From: an uncultured delta proteobacterium
GTDB lineage: Bacteria; Desulfobacterota; Desulfobacteria; Desulfobacterales; UBA2156
Assembly (NCBI GenBank): GCA_963736855.1
Contig: CAVTQK010000019.1
Location: 1-64,000, forward strand
DNA: 64,000 bases
Reading direction: 5' to 3'
The notes under the pieces are model-generated. The model was not told where the DNA came from. It did no database searches and was given only the letters and a program-made list of their open reading frames with translations. Each line of letters opens with the position of its first letter. Position 1 is the first letter of the stretch. Position numbers and translations under genes: made by a program. Shown in pieces: positions 8,909 through 18,739 of this stretch.

Positions 8909-9544
8909 GTGAAAAAGTCTATCCAATTACTAATATTATCTATATTTATTTGCCTATTGTGGACTGTTTTTTCTAACGCGCAGTTATATCAATGGATTGA
9001 TAAAAATGGAGTTAAACACTTTTCAAATACACCGCCATCAGAAGAATATTTTGAAAATGCAAAACAAACTGAAGAAATAAAATTCAATGAAAAATATTAT
9101 CAAGAACAGCTCATAATTTTAGAACGGGCAATCAATCATGCCAGGCAAATTCAAACACAAGAAAAGCAAAAAAATGATATTGAACATTCAGAGTTGAATG
9201 AAGATGTACAAGGAAAATTACTTCGAGATAAAAAACGACTCGTAGCAAATGATTTATGTCAAAAATGTAAGGGTTATAACGGACCTGGAGGTCCATGCTA
9301 CGCAGGTCCTGGTGGTCCAGCATACGCAGGCCCAGGGGGACCTTGTTATGCAGGCCCAGGGGGATCACAATATAGTGGTCCAGATGGGTCTATGTATGAT
9401 GGTCCAGATGGACCAGCATATACTGGCCCAGGCGGACCTTGCTATGCGGGACCTGGGGGACCTTGCTACTCCGGCCCAGGAGGAACCGGCATAGCATGTC
9501 CAGCTATATGTAAAAAAAATAACATCAAAATCAACAGGAGGTGA
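8909..9544 (+). CDS. Secreted DUF4124-domain protein with C-terminal Gly/Pro/Tyr/Cys octapeptide repeats
   Basis: Signal peptide, then LYQWIDKNGVKHFSNTPP (DUF4124), then (GPGGPxYx)n. Confidence 0.75.
   Translation: MKKSIQLLILSIFICLLWTVFSNAQLYQWIDKNGVKHFSNTPPSEEYFENAKQTEEIKFNEKYYQEQLIILERAINHARQIQTQEKQKNDIEHSELNEDVQGKLLRDKKRLVANDLCQKCKGYNGPGGPCYAGPGGPAYAGPGGPCYAGPGGSQYSGPDGSMYDGPDGPAYTGPGGPCYAGPGGPCYSGPGGTGIACPAICKKNNIKINRR
9281..9484 (+). repeat. Coding 24-bp tandem repeat, about 8.5 units
   Basis: Units such as ggacctggaggtccatgctacgca, ggtcctggtggtccagcatacgca and ggcccagggggaccttgttatgca. Confidence 0.9.
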
Positions 9545-9547
9545 AAC

Positions 9548-10510
9548 ATGCCGGTTTTCCCAAAACCCGATTTCGCCTTTGACTACAGCGTCCCCGACGA
9601 GGTCGCACGCCTTCGCGAACCACCGAAAAACGCGGGGCATCCCCAAACTCGAAAAAAACAAGCTGCTGGTAGCCACCTGGAACATCGCCAATCTCGGCGC
9701 TCAGGAAAGGCGAGATCAGGACCGCTCCATCATCGCCGAAATCCTCAGTTGGTTCGATATCATCGCGATCCAGGAATGCCGCGAAAACTTCGGGGACCTG
9801 TTCGACCTCCACAACAAGCTTCCGAAGTCCTATCGCGTCGTCATGTCGGACGTGGCGGGCAACAACAACGGATGGCGTTTCTCTATGACAGCCGAAAGCT
9901 GACCCCGCTCGAAGAAATCGGCGAGATCGCCTTCCCCCCTTCCCGTTATAAATCGATCAAGCTTCCAGGAATTGAGGCGCAATTCAACGGCTTTGACCGC
10001 ACACCCTATCTCGTCTCGTTTTCCTCGGGGAACACCTCATTCATGTTCGTCAACGTCCATTCATTTTACGGTAACGAGAAGCCGGAGTCGATCGCCCGCC
10101 GCTCCCTGGAAACCTTCGCCGTCGCCAAAAGGTCGGATTCAAGGAAAAAGAGCCTCTTTTCGTTCACCCGTGAGTTGGTGGCGCTGGGGGATTTCAACAT
10201 GCCGAAAGCCGAGCCGGGCGATCCGATCTACAAGTCGCTGACAAAGCTGGGCCTTGAACTGCCGGAGCACTCGACCCAGATCGCTTCAAGCATCAGTTCG
10301 GATGCAAGGTATGACCAGATTGCGTTTTTCCCGGAAACCACAAAAAGATGCTTTACCGGGCAAAAAGGCGTGTTCGATTACGATGCGGTGATCTTTCCCG
10401 ACCTTTGGGGGGATGGGAACAACAAAAAGAACTTCAGAACCTACCTGCGTTATTACATTTCGGACCAGTGTATTCTGCGAAGGTATGGATACCTGTCCGA
10501 GACCGGTTAA
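9548..10510 (+). pseudogene. Endonuclease/exonuclease/phosphatase family protein; two compensating frameshifts and an aberrant C-terminus
   Basis: VATWNIANL and IIAIQE lie in an alternative frame (~9622-9868). NVHSFYG, LGDFN and YDQI follow. The terminal ISDH motif reads ISDQ. Confidence 0.75.
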
Positions 10511-11676
10511 AAAGCCCGGATCATAAGCGGGAGGGCGATGAAGTTGCCCAGCATGCTTCCCAGATTGGTGAAAGCCACTACGAGCAGGATCCGGGTGAAG
10601 GCGTTTTTCCAAAACCCCTTGAGGGAGAGGATGTCCTCAGGCAGGCTCTGGAAGTCTTTGACTTTAGGCCGCCGAGAAAAAGCCTCCACCATACCGGATA
10701 CCCATCCGGCGGCGATCATAGGGTTAAGGGAGGCAAAGGGAGCGGCGATCACAGCCGAAACGATGGTGAGCGGCCGTGCCAGAGCCGCTGCCGCCCCGAG
10801 GCCGGCCAAAGCCCCGTTCGCTATTGCCCACCATGAAAGCATTTTTAATCCGGCGCTGCCTCCGGAAAAGAAAAACGCCGACATAACGAGTCCCAGGATC
10901 AGCGCAGGAAAAATCCACTTGAAAAGAGATAATCCCCGACGTCGAGGAGGCAGCGACTCCAATTGGCTGATGTCCGCCGTTTCATTCCAGTGGGAACGGA
11001 TACCGGGTAAATGCCCAGCCCCCACGACGGCCACGATCTTTTTCCCGGGAGCTGTTTTAAGCTTCTGGGCGATATAACAATCCCTTTCGTCTATGAGGAT
11101 TTTTTTGACGACGGGAAACTTTTTCCCGATGTCCGCCAGGAAGGCCTCGATCATATCCTGCTGTTTCATCTTCTCGATCTCCTCTTCACCGATTTCGTCG
11201 GTTTCAAACAACGAGGCTACCAGTTGAAAGAGGAGGTTGATCTTGGTAAAAAAGCCCATGGCCCGCCAGACCCGGGTCAGCGTCACGCGCAGGTCCCGGT
11301 CCGCCAGGTAAACAACGGCACCCACGGATTTGGCCGATGCCACGGCCTGGATCATCTCTTCACCGGGCCTGACCCCCAGCGTTTTGGCGATCCTTTTTTG
11401 AAAAGAGGCCAGCAAGAGGTTGAGGAGTAAAACAGCCCCTTTCTTCTCGCGGATGATCTTAAAGATATCGGTGTCTTCCCAGGCCTTTTTATCCACGAGG
11501 GATTGATACCGGGAGGGGCAAAGCTCCACTGCCACCGTATCCGGTTTTTCCCATTCGATGACCGTTTGGACGAGGCGGGTACTGTCCCGGGAAACATGCG
11601 CGGTTCCCAGAAGGAGGATCTCCTTCCCTTCATAGGTCATCGGATGGACCAGGGCGTCTTCTTGTTCGGTTTCCAT
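10507..11676 (-). CDS. TraB/GumN family protein
   Basis: LLGTAHVS, VAVELC, GEEM, LIDERD and VVGAGH motifs plus C-terminal TM helices. Confidence 0.9.
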   Translation of the reverse strand: METEQEDALVHPMTYEGKEILLLGTAHVSRDSTRLVQTVIEWEKPDTVAVELCPSRYQSLVDKKAWEDTDIFKIIREKKGAVLLLNLLLASFQKRIAKTLGVRPGEEMIQAVASAKSVGAVVYLADRDLRVTLTRVWRAMGFFTKINLLFQLVASLFETDEIGEEEIEKMKQQDMIEAFLADIGKKFPVVKKILIDERDCYIAQKLKTAPGKKIVAVVGAGHLPGIRSHWNETADISQLESLPPRRRGLSLFKWIFPALILGLVMSAFFFSGGSAGLKMLSWWAIANGALAGLGAAAALARPLTIVSAVIAAPFASLNPMIAAGWVSGMVEAFSRRPKVKDFQSLPEDILSLKGFWKNAFTRILLVVAFTNLGSMLGNFIALPLMIRAF

Positions 11677-11836
11677 TTCTTCTCAAATTCTAGTATGTTT
11701 TCTTTACAAAATAATTTCAAAATATTACATATTAAGAAAAACAGCGCAACGGGTAATTGTAAAAAGGGCTGCCGGTAACCCAAGAAAAAGAAAAGGTTGA
11801 CCACCGATCGGTGGAAAATATGGGGGAAAACCTCGG

Positions 11837-12259
11837 GTGAAAATCTATGACGACATTTTTTCCTGGGAGGGATGGGGCGGTATGCTGAGGCTGGCAAGCG
11901 GCCGATGTCGACTTCGCATTTTTGATTTATCCCAAAACCAGGGAAACCGGGGACTGACCCATCTCAGGCCGATCATCGTCCTGGTGATGGATGTCCCCGA
12001 AAGCCGCATGTCGGTGAGAAGCTGCGCCGGCCACATTGCCACCCTGGTTACCCAGAAATTCACCATTCCTCCCAATCGGATGGTGTATGTGGAGCATTAT
12101 CCCGAGGTACGTTATGGAGCACAGAACGACCATCTCATCCCGGAGCGATACGATGGGGTTGAATTCGTCTGGGTGGAAGGCAAAGCGATCCGTCCGACCT
12201 GGCGGCCGTTGGCTCCCCCCATGCTGGACATCGTCAAGAAAGCAGCGGAAACGGAGTAA
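11837..12259 (+). CDS. Conserved hypothetical protein
   Basis: 140-aa ORF (GTG start, GGGG RBS) with host-like codon usage; DDIFSWEGWGG...CRLRIFDL. Confidence 0.7.
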   Translation: MKIYDDIFSWEGWGGMLRLASGRCRLRIFDLSQNQGNRGLTHLRPIIVLVMDVPESRMSVRSCAGHIATLVTQKFTIPPNRMVYVEHYPEVRYGAQNDHLIPERYDGVEFVWVEGKAIRPTWRPLAPPMLDIVKKAAETE

Positions 12260-12309
12260 GGATGGAAGAGATCTATGTGAAAGAATGCGGATACCGGTGA
12301 ACTACGCCG

Positions 12310-12365
12310 CAATGACGAAGGATGCAGTACAACGCAGCAGACGGACTTTTTAGGAAGCCGTCAAA
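12310..12365. repeat. Possible intergenic dispersed-repeat remnant (GACTTTTTAGGAAGCCGTCAA)
   Basis: Lies between convergent genes and resembles a short deltaproteobacterial repeat end as I recall it. Only one copy is in this window. Confidence 0.3.
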
Positions 12366-12367
12366 TT

Positions 12368-13297
12368 TCAGTCACACAAGCCTTGGGACAAAGGGCCTTC
12401 GAGGTATTGGGTCGCTAAATGGCGGATCCCCTCAAGCCGGCAGTCCGCCTCCCGGCATATCTTTTCCAAGGTGACCAGGATTGTTTCCACCTGTTTTTTA
12501 TCACCCAAGGCCGCATGGGACAAAAGACCGCGCTTCAGATAATCGACGCCTTGGATGATGTCGCCCTGCCTGAGGTACGCATTTCCCATGGCGGCCAGGT
12601 CATCGGCGATTCCCTTGAAATTCCCTGAAGCGCGATCCGCTTCCAGGGCCGCTGCCAGATGTGGAAGAGCCGCCTTTGTCTGGTCCCTATCGAGGAGCAG
12701 GCTCCCCAGTGCGCTTTGGGCTGTGGCGATTTGCCCAAAATTACGCGGCTCGGCCTTTTGGACTGCGGTTTCAAAACTTTTTTTCGCCGCTTCGAAATCG
12801 CCTTTCTTCCGGTAATAAATTCCCTGATTGACTCTAAGGGGTGAGAAAGGGATTTTGAGTCGATCGGCAATCTGCTGGGCGGAGGCGATGGATTCGGCGG
12901 CTTCTTCCAGACGGTTGCCGTCGATGAGGGCTGCAGCCCGGTTGGACAAGGATTGCAGCAAACCGGAATCTTCCGGGAGGTGCCGGTGAATGGCCACGGC
13001 TTCATCGAAGAAGACCAGGGCGCCGGAGATATCTCCGGTGGCGCGGTATACGGTTCCCATATTGTTCAGCGCCATGGCCTCCCCAGCCGGATCACAGGCC
13101 AGGATAAAATGCCGATGTGCCCTCAGGAAGGATTCCCATGCGTGGTGATGGCATCCCTTTCGAAACCAGTCATTTCCCTTGGCCGTTTCCCTGTGACCGG
13201 CTTTTTGGGCCTCGGAGGTGTCGGGAGCAGGCCTCGCCCCTGCACAGGCCGTCAAAAAGGTGATTATGCCGATCAAAAAATAAGCGGCGGGTTTCAT
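12368..13297 (-). CDS. Tetratricopeptide-repeat lipoprotein
   Basis: Lipobox LTAC; TPR-like ALNNMGTVY, SLSNRAA and ADDLAAMG repeats. Confidence 0.85.
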   Translation of the reverse strand: MKPAAYFLIGIITFLTACAGARPAPDTSEAQKAGHRETAKGNDWFRKGCHHHAWESFLRAHRHFILACDPAGEAMALNNMGTVYRATGDISGALVFFDEAVAIHRHLPEDSGLLQSLSNRAAALIDGNRLEEAAESIASAQQIADRLKIPFSPLRVNQGIYYRKKGDFEAAKKSFETAVQKAEPRNFGQIATAQSALGSLLLDRDQTKAALPHLAAALEADRASGNFKGIADDLAAMGNAYLRQGDIIQGVDYLKRGLLSHAALGDKKQVETILVTLEKICREADCRLEGIRHLATQYLEGPLSQGLCD

Positions 13298-13440
13298 ATC
13301 CTATTTCATATCTAAAAATATCGGCAAAGTCAAAATCAGGGTCAGGATTTTCAATACCTTTTTGTATGCTTGAAAACAGGATTCTCTTTTCATCAGCGCG
13401 GTTTTTTAGTAAGGATCCTATTTAAAAGGATTAAGAAAAC

Positions 13441-14295
13441 ATGAAACGGATCGGCCTTGTGGTGAAAAACGATGCAAGGGCGCTGGAAAAGGCGGATGCC
13501 CTGCAATCTTGGCTTGCCGCCGGGGGGGTTCAGGTAATCCGAAAACCCAGTGTGCCTCTTTCCCGGAACTTTACCCTCGACATGGGAGATCCTGCCCCGT
13601 CGGACTTGTTTTGTATCTTGGTTCTGGGGGGAGATGGGACTTTTTTAAGTGCCGTGGCGTGGATCGGCGACCAGGAGATTCCGATCCTCGGGGTCAAGTT
13701 CGGGGAAGTGGGATTTTTAGCCGGGATCACCGAAGAGGATCTTTTTCCCGCCCTGGAAGCGGTATTAAAGGGAGGCTTTTCCGTTGAAAGGCGGATGCGG
13801 CTTCAGGTTTGTGTCCGTCGTGAAGAAAGGGTTCTTGCGCAAAAGACCGTTCTGAACGACGTGGTCGTCAACAAAGGGGCCCTTGCCCGACTCGCACATA
13901 TCAAGACCTTCATCGATGAAAGATATCTGACGACCTACAGCGCGGATGGTCTCATTGTGGCAACGCCCACCGGCTCCACGGCTTACTCCCTGGCTGCCGG
14001 CGGACCCGTCATCCACCCTGCGGTTCCGGCCATGATCATGACCCCCATATGTCCCTTTACCCTCACCAACCGCCCCTTGATCATCCCGGATACGTCATGC
14101 ATCACCATTCAACTGGCCAAAAGGGCCACCCATGTGATGGTTACATTCGACGGCCAGGCAGGGATCGAAATGTACGAAGGAGATGAGATCGTGCTCAAGA
14201 AAGCCCCTTATCCGGTGGCCATGATCGCGCTGCCCGGACAGGACTACTATGACCTGCTGAAAAACAAGCTTCGCTGGAGCGGCGGCCGTGTTTAA
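13441..14295 (+). CDS. nadK: NAD(+) kinase
   Basis: [19 protein letters not shown] and [21 protein letters not shown]. Confidence 0.97.
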   Translation: MKRIGLVVKNDARALEKADALQSWLAAGGVQVIRKPSVPLSRNFTLDMGDPAPSDLFCILVLGGDGTFLSAVAWIGDQEIPILGVKFGEVGFLAGITEEDLFPALEAVLKGGFSVERRMRLQVCVRREERVLAQKTVLNDVVVNKGALARLAHIKTFIDERYLTTYSADGLIVATPTGSTAYSLAAGGPVIHPAVPAMIMTPICPFTLTNRPLIIPDTSCITIQLAKRATHVMVTFDGQAGIEMYEGDEIVLKKAPYPVAMIALPGQDYYDLLKNKLRWSGGRV

Positions 14296-14303
14296 CCGTC
14301 TTT

Positions 14304-14687
14304 TCAGTCCCCTTTGATTTCAAAGCGGTTACCGTCAAAGTCGGTGATAAAGATCAGATCCGTGCCGTCCGGCTTGGGAATTTGAAGGATTTTAACTCCG
14401 AGATGCCGGCATTTCTCCAGGAACGGCTTCCGTTTTCCGACATTGAGGCAAAGGTGCTCTATGCCGATCGGATATGAAAAGGGGCGGCTGCCGATGAAAA
14501 TCTCAAGGTAGCATGTATCCGTGGTATAGTTACAGATCGTATAGGCGGTGCGGATTCCGAAAATTTGGTTCATCAAATCGGCGGGTACCGATTTCATGCC
14601 GGTCTTCTTCAATCCTAAAAGATCCCCGTAAAACCGGTCGCTCTTTTCCTGGCTTTCGCAGAACAGCGCCACGTGTTCGATCTTCAT
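14304..14687 (-). CDS. VOC/glyoxalase family protein
   Basis: IEHVAL...FYGDLLG...EHLCL...FITDFDGNRFEI. Confidence 0.85.
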   Translation of the reverse strand: MKIEHVALFCESQEKSDRFYGDLLGLKKTGMKSVPADLMNQIFGIRTAYTICNYTTDTCYLEIFIGSRPFSYPIGIEHLCLNVGKRKPFLEKCRHLGVKILQIPKPDGTDLIFITDFDGNRFEIKGD

Positions 14688-14780
14688 GATATCCTCCAGA
14701 CAAATAAACCGATTATTGAAAAATCAAAAGAATTCTAAACGGCGAACGGGCGTTATTCGATCACGGGATTCCGGAAGGCG

Positions 14781-16889
14781 TCACCGAGGAAATGCCGCGG
14801 GGATGCCGCCGTCCACGGGAAGGGAGGCACCGGTGGTGGGGGTTTTTTCGGAGGCAAAGAACACCACGGCGTTTCCCACGTGTTCCGCCAGGACCTGGAC
14901 CTTGAGAAGGCTTCTTTGCCGATAGTAGTCCTTAAGACCTTGCGGGTTCAACCCTCTGGATCGCATTCGTTCCGGACCCACGAGCTCCCACAATCCGGAA
15001 CCGACGTTTTCGTCTCCGAAGACGGCATCCGGATTGATCATATTGACCCGCACCCCAAGTTCGGAAAGTTCCATGGCGGCGATTTTGGCCATCTGATGGG
15101 CGGCCGCTTTTGAGGCGCTGTAGGCGCTGAAGGCGGCTCCAGGGTCAAAGACGTTTTTCGAACTGATGACTACAATATTGCCGCCGGTTCCCTGTCGCCT
15201 GAAAATGGGAATGGCTGCCTTGATGGTGTTGAAAGTCCCCTTGAAGTTGACGTCGACGACCCGGTCGAGCTTATCCGGATCCAGGTCTTCGATCCTGGCT
15301 ACATGTGCGATGCCGGCATTGGGAACCACCAGGTCGATTCCCCCGAATTGAACGCTGACCGTTTCAAATCCCTTTTCCACGGCCGCCAAATCGGTGACGT
15401 CGAAATTGACGGAAAAAACCCTGTCAGGACCGAATTCCCGGGTCAGGAGGTCCGTGCTGTGAGCCAGCCGGGCGGTGTCGATGTCCGCAATCGCCGTCGC
15501 CGCGCCTGCTGCAAGGAGAGAGCGGGCGATGCCGTAGCCGATGGCGCCGCCGCCGCCGGTGACCACCGCCACTTGTCCCGTCAGGGGTGCCTCGGGGTGA
15601 GGTTTAAGCTTTTTCGTCTGAAGGGGCCAAAGCTCCATGTCCCGCACGTGGGACGGGGGAATCGGCCGACACTGCCCAAGGGAGAACGCTTTCCATTTGG
15701 CGATCACGGTGCGTTCACCGATATCCGCGGCAATCCTGGCCGCGTCAAAGGTTTCCCCAACGACAAAGAGGCCGACTCCGGCCACCAAAAACAGGACCGG
15801 GTTCACTGATTTCGACAAGGAATCCGTCTTCGAACCCGGCTTTTTCCCCAGAAGATATCGGGCATAATCTTTCTGAAAGGCGGACACCTTGCTGCCCAGC
15901 ACTTTTTTAAGGGCATTGTCTTTTTCCGGCACCGACTCCAGGAAGACCATCCGATTCCGGGTCCGAATGGCGTGATCCGGCGTCAAGACTCCGGAGCTGC
16001 AGATCTTCCGCGCCCCCGGAAAACGGGAGGCCTCGATCAGTTCAGGGCTTTGCCGGGAAACGACCAGGCGCCGCAAAAACGCTCCGTACTGGGTCCTGCC
16101 GGCACAAATCCCCCGGATGATCTGGGCGACCCTTGAGATTTCACGACCCGCTTTTAGGGGTAAAGCGTTTTTGGATGCCCTTGAGGTGCGCGACGATTTT
16201 TTCAGGGCCTCTTGTATGAAGGATTCCGCCTTTTCAACTAAAGCCGACATCCGACGATAGGCGTGCCCGGCATCTTCCCCAAACACGAAGATGCCGTGGT
16301 GCAGGACAATGATGGCATCGATTTCCGGATTTTTCTCGTAGGCTTTAACGGTTACGCGTGCCAAAGGAAGACCCGGGTGCACATACGGCAAAACAGCTAC
16401 CTTTTCTCCCAGGACCGAACGGATCAGCGCCTTTGCATTTATCTGAAGGGCCAGGATCAATACGGCATCGGCATGACAATGAAAAACGAACCGATGCGGT
16501 AAAAACGCATGCAGGAGGGTTTCCACGGAAGGATCCGGACCGCTTGCGATGACACGCTGGATCGCCAGGTGATTCTCGATGACTTCGTCCGGAGGGTTGG
16601 GAATATCCCGCAGCCGCCTTAACGGATCCAGAAGCAGCACGGAAAAGCCTTCCGGTCCGATGGCGGTCATGTCGATGCCGCTTCCCTTGACGTAGAGGAC
16701 ATTTTCTTTTTTTCCGAAGATATTGTCCCGCAGTGTTTTTGCAGAGGTGTTTCCGCCGCCGTGGAGGACAAGCCCGGGATCGCTTCCGATCAACCGGGAG
16801 GCGTGGATCAGGGGTGCAAGTTCCGTGGGGTGCCCGACTAGTTCGGCTGCGAATTGATGAACGGCGGAATCTTGGAAGCGCGGGCGCAT
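14781..16889 (-). CDS. Bifunctional class II aldolase/short-chain dehydrogenase (RhaD/RhaEW-like)
   Basis: GGGNTS, PSVETLLH, H.HAD and HGI in the aldolase domain; TGGGGAIG, NAG and YSASK in the SDR domain. Confidence 0.9.
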   Translation of the reverse strand: MRPRFQDSAVHQFAAELVGHPTELAPLIHASRLIGSDPGLVLHGGGNTSAKTLRDNIFGKKENVLYVKGSGIDMTAIGPEGFSVLLLDPLRRLRDIPNPPDEVIENHLAIQRVIASGPDPSVETLLHAFLPHRFVFHCHADAVLILALQINAKALIRSVLGEKVAVLPYVHPGLPLARVTVKAYEKNPEIDAIIVLHHGIFVFGEDAGHAYRRMSALVEKAESFIQEALKKSSRTSRASKNALPLKAGREISRVAQIIRGICAGRTQYGAFLRRLVVSRQSPELIEASRFPGARKICSSGVLTPDHAIRTRNRMVFLESVPEKDNALKKVLGSKVSAFQKDYARYLLGKKPGSKTDSLSKSVNPVLFLVAGVGLFVVGETFDAARIAADIGERTVIAKWKAFSLGQCRPIPPSHVRDMELWPLQTKKLKPHPEAPLTGQVAVVTGGGGAIGYGIARSLLAAGAATAIADIDTARLAHSTDLLTREFGPDRVFSVNFDVTDLAAVEKGFETVSVQFGGIDLVVPNAGIAHVARIEDLDPDKLDRVVDVNFKGTFNTIKAAIPIFRRQGTGGNIVVISSKNVFDPGAAFSAYSASKAAAHQMAKIAAMELSELGVRVNMINPDAVFGDENVGSGLWELVGPERMRSRGLNPQGLKDYYRQRSLLKVQVLAEHVGNAVVFFASEKTPTTGASLPVDGGIPAAFPR

Positions 16890-16895
16890 CTAATG

Positions 16896-17684
16896 CTATT
16901 TCCCTTTTTCCTGCTTGTATACATCTTTAGCTCCCTTCACCGTAGCACCTTCGTGGATGATAGCCCTCAGGGCCTTCATTACTGCTACGGGGTGGGGATG
17001 CTGCCAGACGTTGCGGCCCAGGTTGACGCCGATGGCGCCTTTTTGCATTCCGTCATGGACGAACTCGAAGACTTCCAGTTCGTTTTCACATTTGGGACCG
17101 CCGGCCATGACCACCGGAACCGGACAGCCGTTTGAGACCTTTTCGAAGTTCTCGCACCAGTAAGTCTTGACGACTTTTGCCCCGAATTCCGCTGCGATTC
17201 TGCAGCATAGGGAAAGATACCGGGCATCCCGTTTTTCCAGCTCTTTTCCCACGGCGGTTACGGCCATGACCGGGATTCCGTAATTTTCGCATTCGTCTAC
17301 GAGGGTACCCAGATTCACCAGCGAATCGTACTCGTAGTCGGTTCCGACGAAGATGGACATTCCGACTGCAGCCGCGTTGAGACGAATGACCTCCTCGATG
17401 GATGTCACCAGGGATTCGTGGGCGAGATCTTTGCCGATGATGCTGGACCCACCGGAGACCCGCAGGATTACCGGCGGACAATTGCCCGGGTCCACACAGG
17501 CCCTGAGGACTCCTCGGGTGACGAAAAGGCCGTCCGCGTAAGGGATCAGCGGAGCGATGGTTTCCCCGGGTCGCTCAAGCCGTCGGGTGGGCCCCTGAAA
17601 GTAACCGTGGTCGATGGGCAAAAACATGCAGTGGCCGTCTTTTTGAATGAGCCGCGACAGCCGATTTTTCATTCCCCAGTCCAT
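16896..17684 (-). CDS. lsrF: 3-hydroxy-5-phosphonooxypentane-2,4-dione thiolase (class I aldolase family)
   Basis: MDWGMKNRLSR, DHGYFQGPT, VKTY, AGGPK and GRNVWQ. Confidence 0.88.
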   Translation of the reverse strand: MDWGMKNRLSRLIQKDGHCMFLPIDHGYFQGPTRRLERPGETIAPLIPYADGLFVTRGVLRACVDPGNCPPVILRVSGGSSIIGKDLAHESLVTSIEEVIRLNAAAVGMSIFVGTDYEYDSLVNLGTLVDECENYGIPVMAVTAVGKELEKRDARYLSLCCRIAAEFGAKVVKTYWCENFEKVSNGCPVPVVMAGGPKCENELEVFEFVHDGMQKGAIGVNLGRNVWQHPHPVAVMKALRAIIHEGATVKGAKDVYKQEKGK

Positions 17685-17739
17685 AAATGATTCCTCCTTT
17701 AAATCGATATTTCGCCATGTTGGGTCAGCGGCACATATC

Positions 17740-18717
17740 TCATCGTCTTAAGTCCGCGTCAAGGCTTTTGCCTTCCTTAAAAGGCGGCAGGTTGGAGCGG
17801 ATGAGTACGTTTTCCTGCAGGGATCGAACGACCCGATCCATCCGTTCCACGCCTTCCCGGATTTCCCGGATCCCTGCTTTTGTAGTTTGGGTGATCTCGG
17901 GGATATCCCGGCTTCCCTTCTCCAGGTTAGAAATCACGGTTTGGATTTGTTTCAGGTTTTGGTTGACCGCCTCCAGGATCGAACGGATGCTCTCCATAGT
18001 GCCGGGCGCTTCGGCGGAGGCCTGTCGGATGTTTTCGATGGTTTCTCCCAGTTTGTCCAGAGTGCCGGCGATGGATTCATACAGGGTCTCGGACCTCAGG
18101 AGGCTGCCGATGGTCCCCTTTCCGGCCTCGATGTCGCTGATGATTTTCTCCAGGTGTTTCGTTGACCGGTTCAGGTTCTCCAGGGAGGAAACAAGCGGAC
18201 CCTGGCGGTCCCGGAGCAGTTCAGCGGCTTCGGATAAATTCTGTACGGCCTGAATGAATTTTTTTGCCGTCTTTTCCACCTGAAACTCTTCCAAAATGTC
18301 AGAAACCGACTTCTTTTCCTGGGATGGAAGAATGTTTCCTTCCGGAAGAAGTGAGGCGCTGGAGCTGCCGGGTTTGATGGAAATATATTCCGACCCGATA
18401 AAAGTCGGGCTTTCCACCTTTGCCACAACATCCTTCCGAATCCTGCCGGCATAGTCTTCCAAAACGGCGATTTTAACTTTAACCTTGTCTTCCACAGGCG
18501 TAATCTCTTCCACTTTTCCGATGTCGGCTTTGAAGAGCTTCACCGGTGCACCCACCTGAAGGTTATACCCTTCGTTGAAGGTGATATAGTAGATCCGATA
18601 GCTTTTGAACCAATTTTTACCCTTGCCGATTACCCCGATAATGGCGAAAAGAACCAGGCAAACCAGGACAATGAAGGCGCCGGCCGCTTTTTCTTTTGGA
18701 GTGAATGCAGGATCCAT
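17740..18717 (-). CDS. MlaD/MCE family protein
   Basis: N-terminal TM helix, MCE domain (GAPVK...IGKV...IGSEYISIKPG) and a long helical tail. Confidence 0.88.
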   Translation of the reverse strand: MDPAFTPKEKAAGAFIVLVCLVLFAIIGVIGKGKNWFKSYRIYYITFNEGYNLQVGAPVKLFKADIGKVEEITPVEDKVKVKIAVLEDYAGRIRKDVVAKVESPTFIGSEYISIKPGSSSASLLPEGNILPSQEKKSVSDILEEFQVEKTAKKFIQAVQNLSEAAELLRDRQGPLVSSLENLNRSTKHLEKIISDIEAGKGTIGSLLRSETLYESIAGTLDKLGETIENIRQASAEAPGTMESIRSILEAVNQNLKQIQTVISNLEKGSRDIPEITQTTKAGIREIREGVERMDRVVRSLQENVLIRSNLPPFKEGKSLDADLRR

Positions 18718-18739
18718 TGGCCTTAACGGTACTCCGGGA

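Noticed and set aside
9281..9484. 24-bp periodic repeat as a CRISPR array
   Set aside because: There are no unique spacers, variation is at wobble positions, and no cas genes are present. It is a coding repeat. I saw no CRISPR array anywhere in the window.
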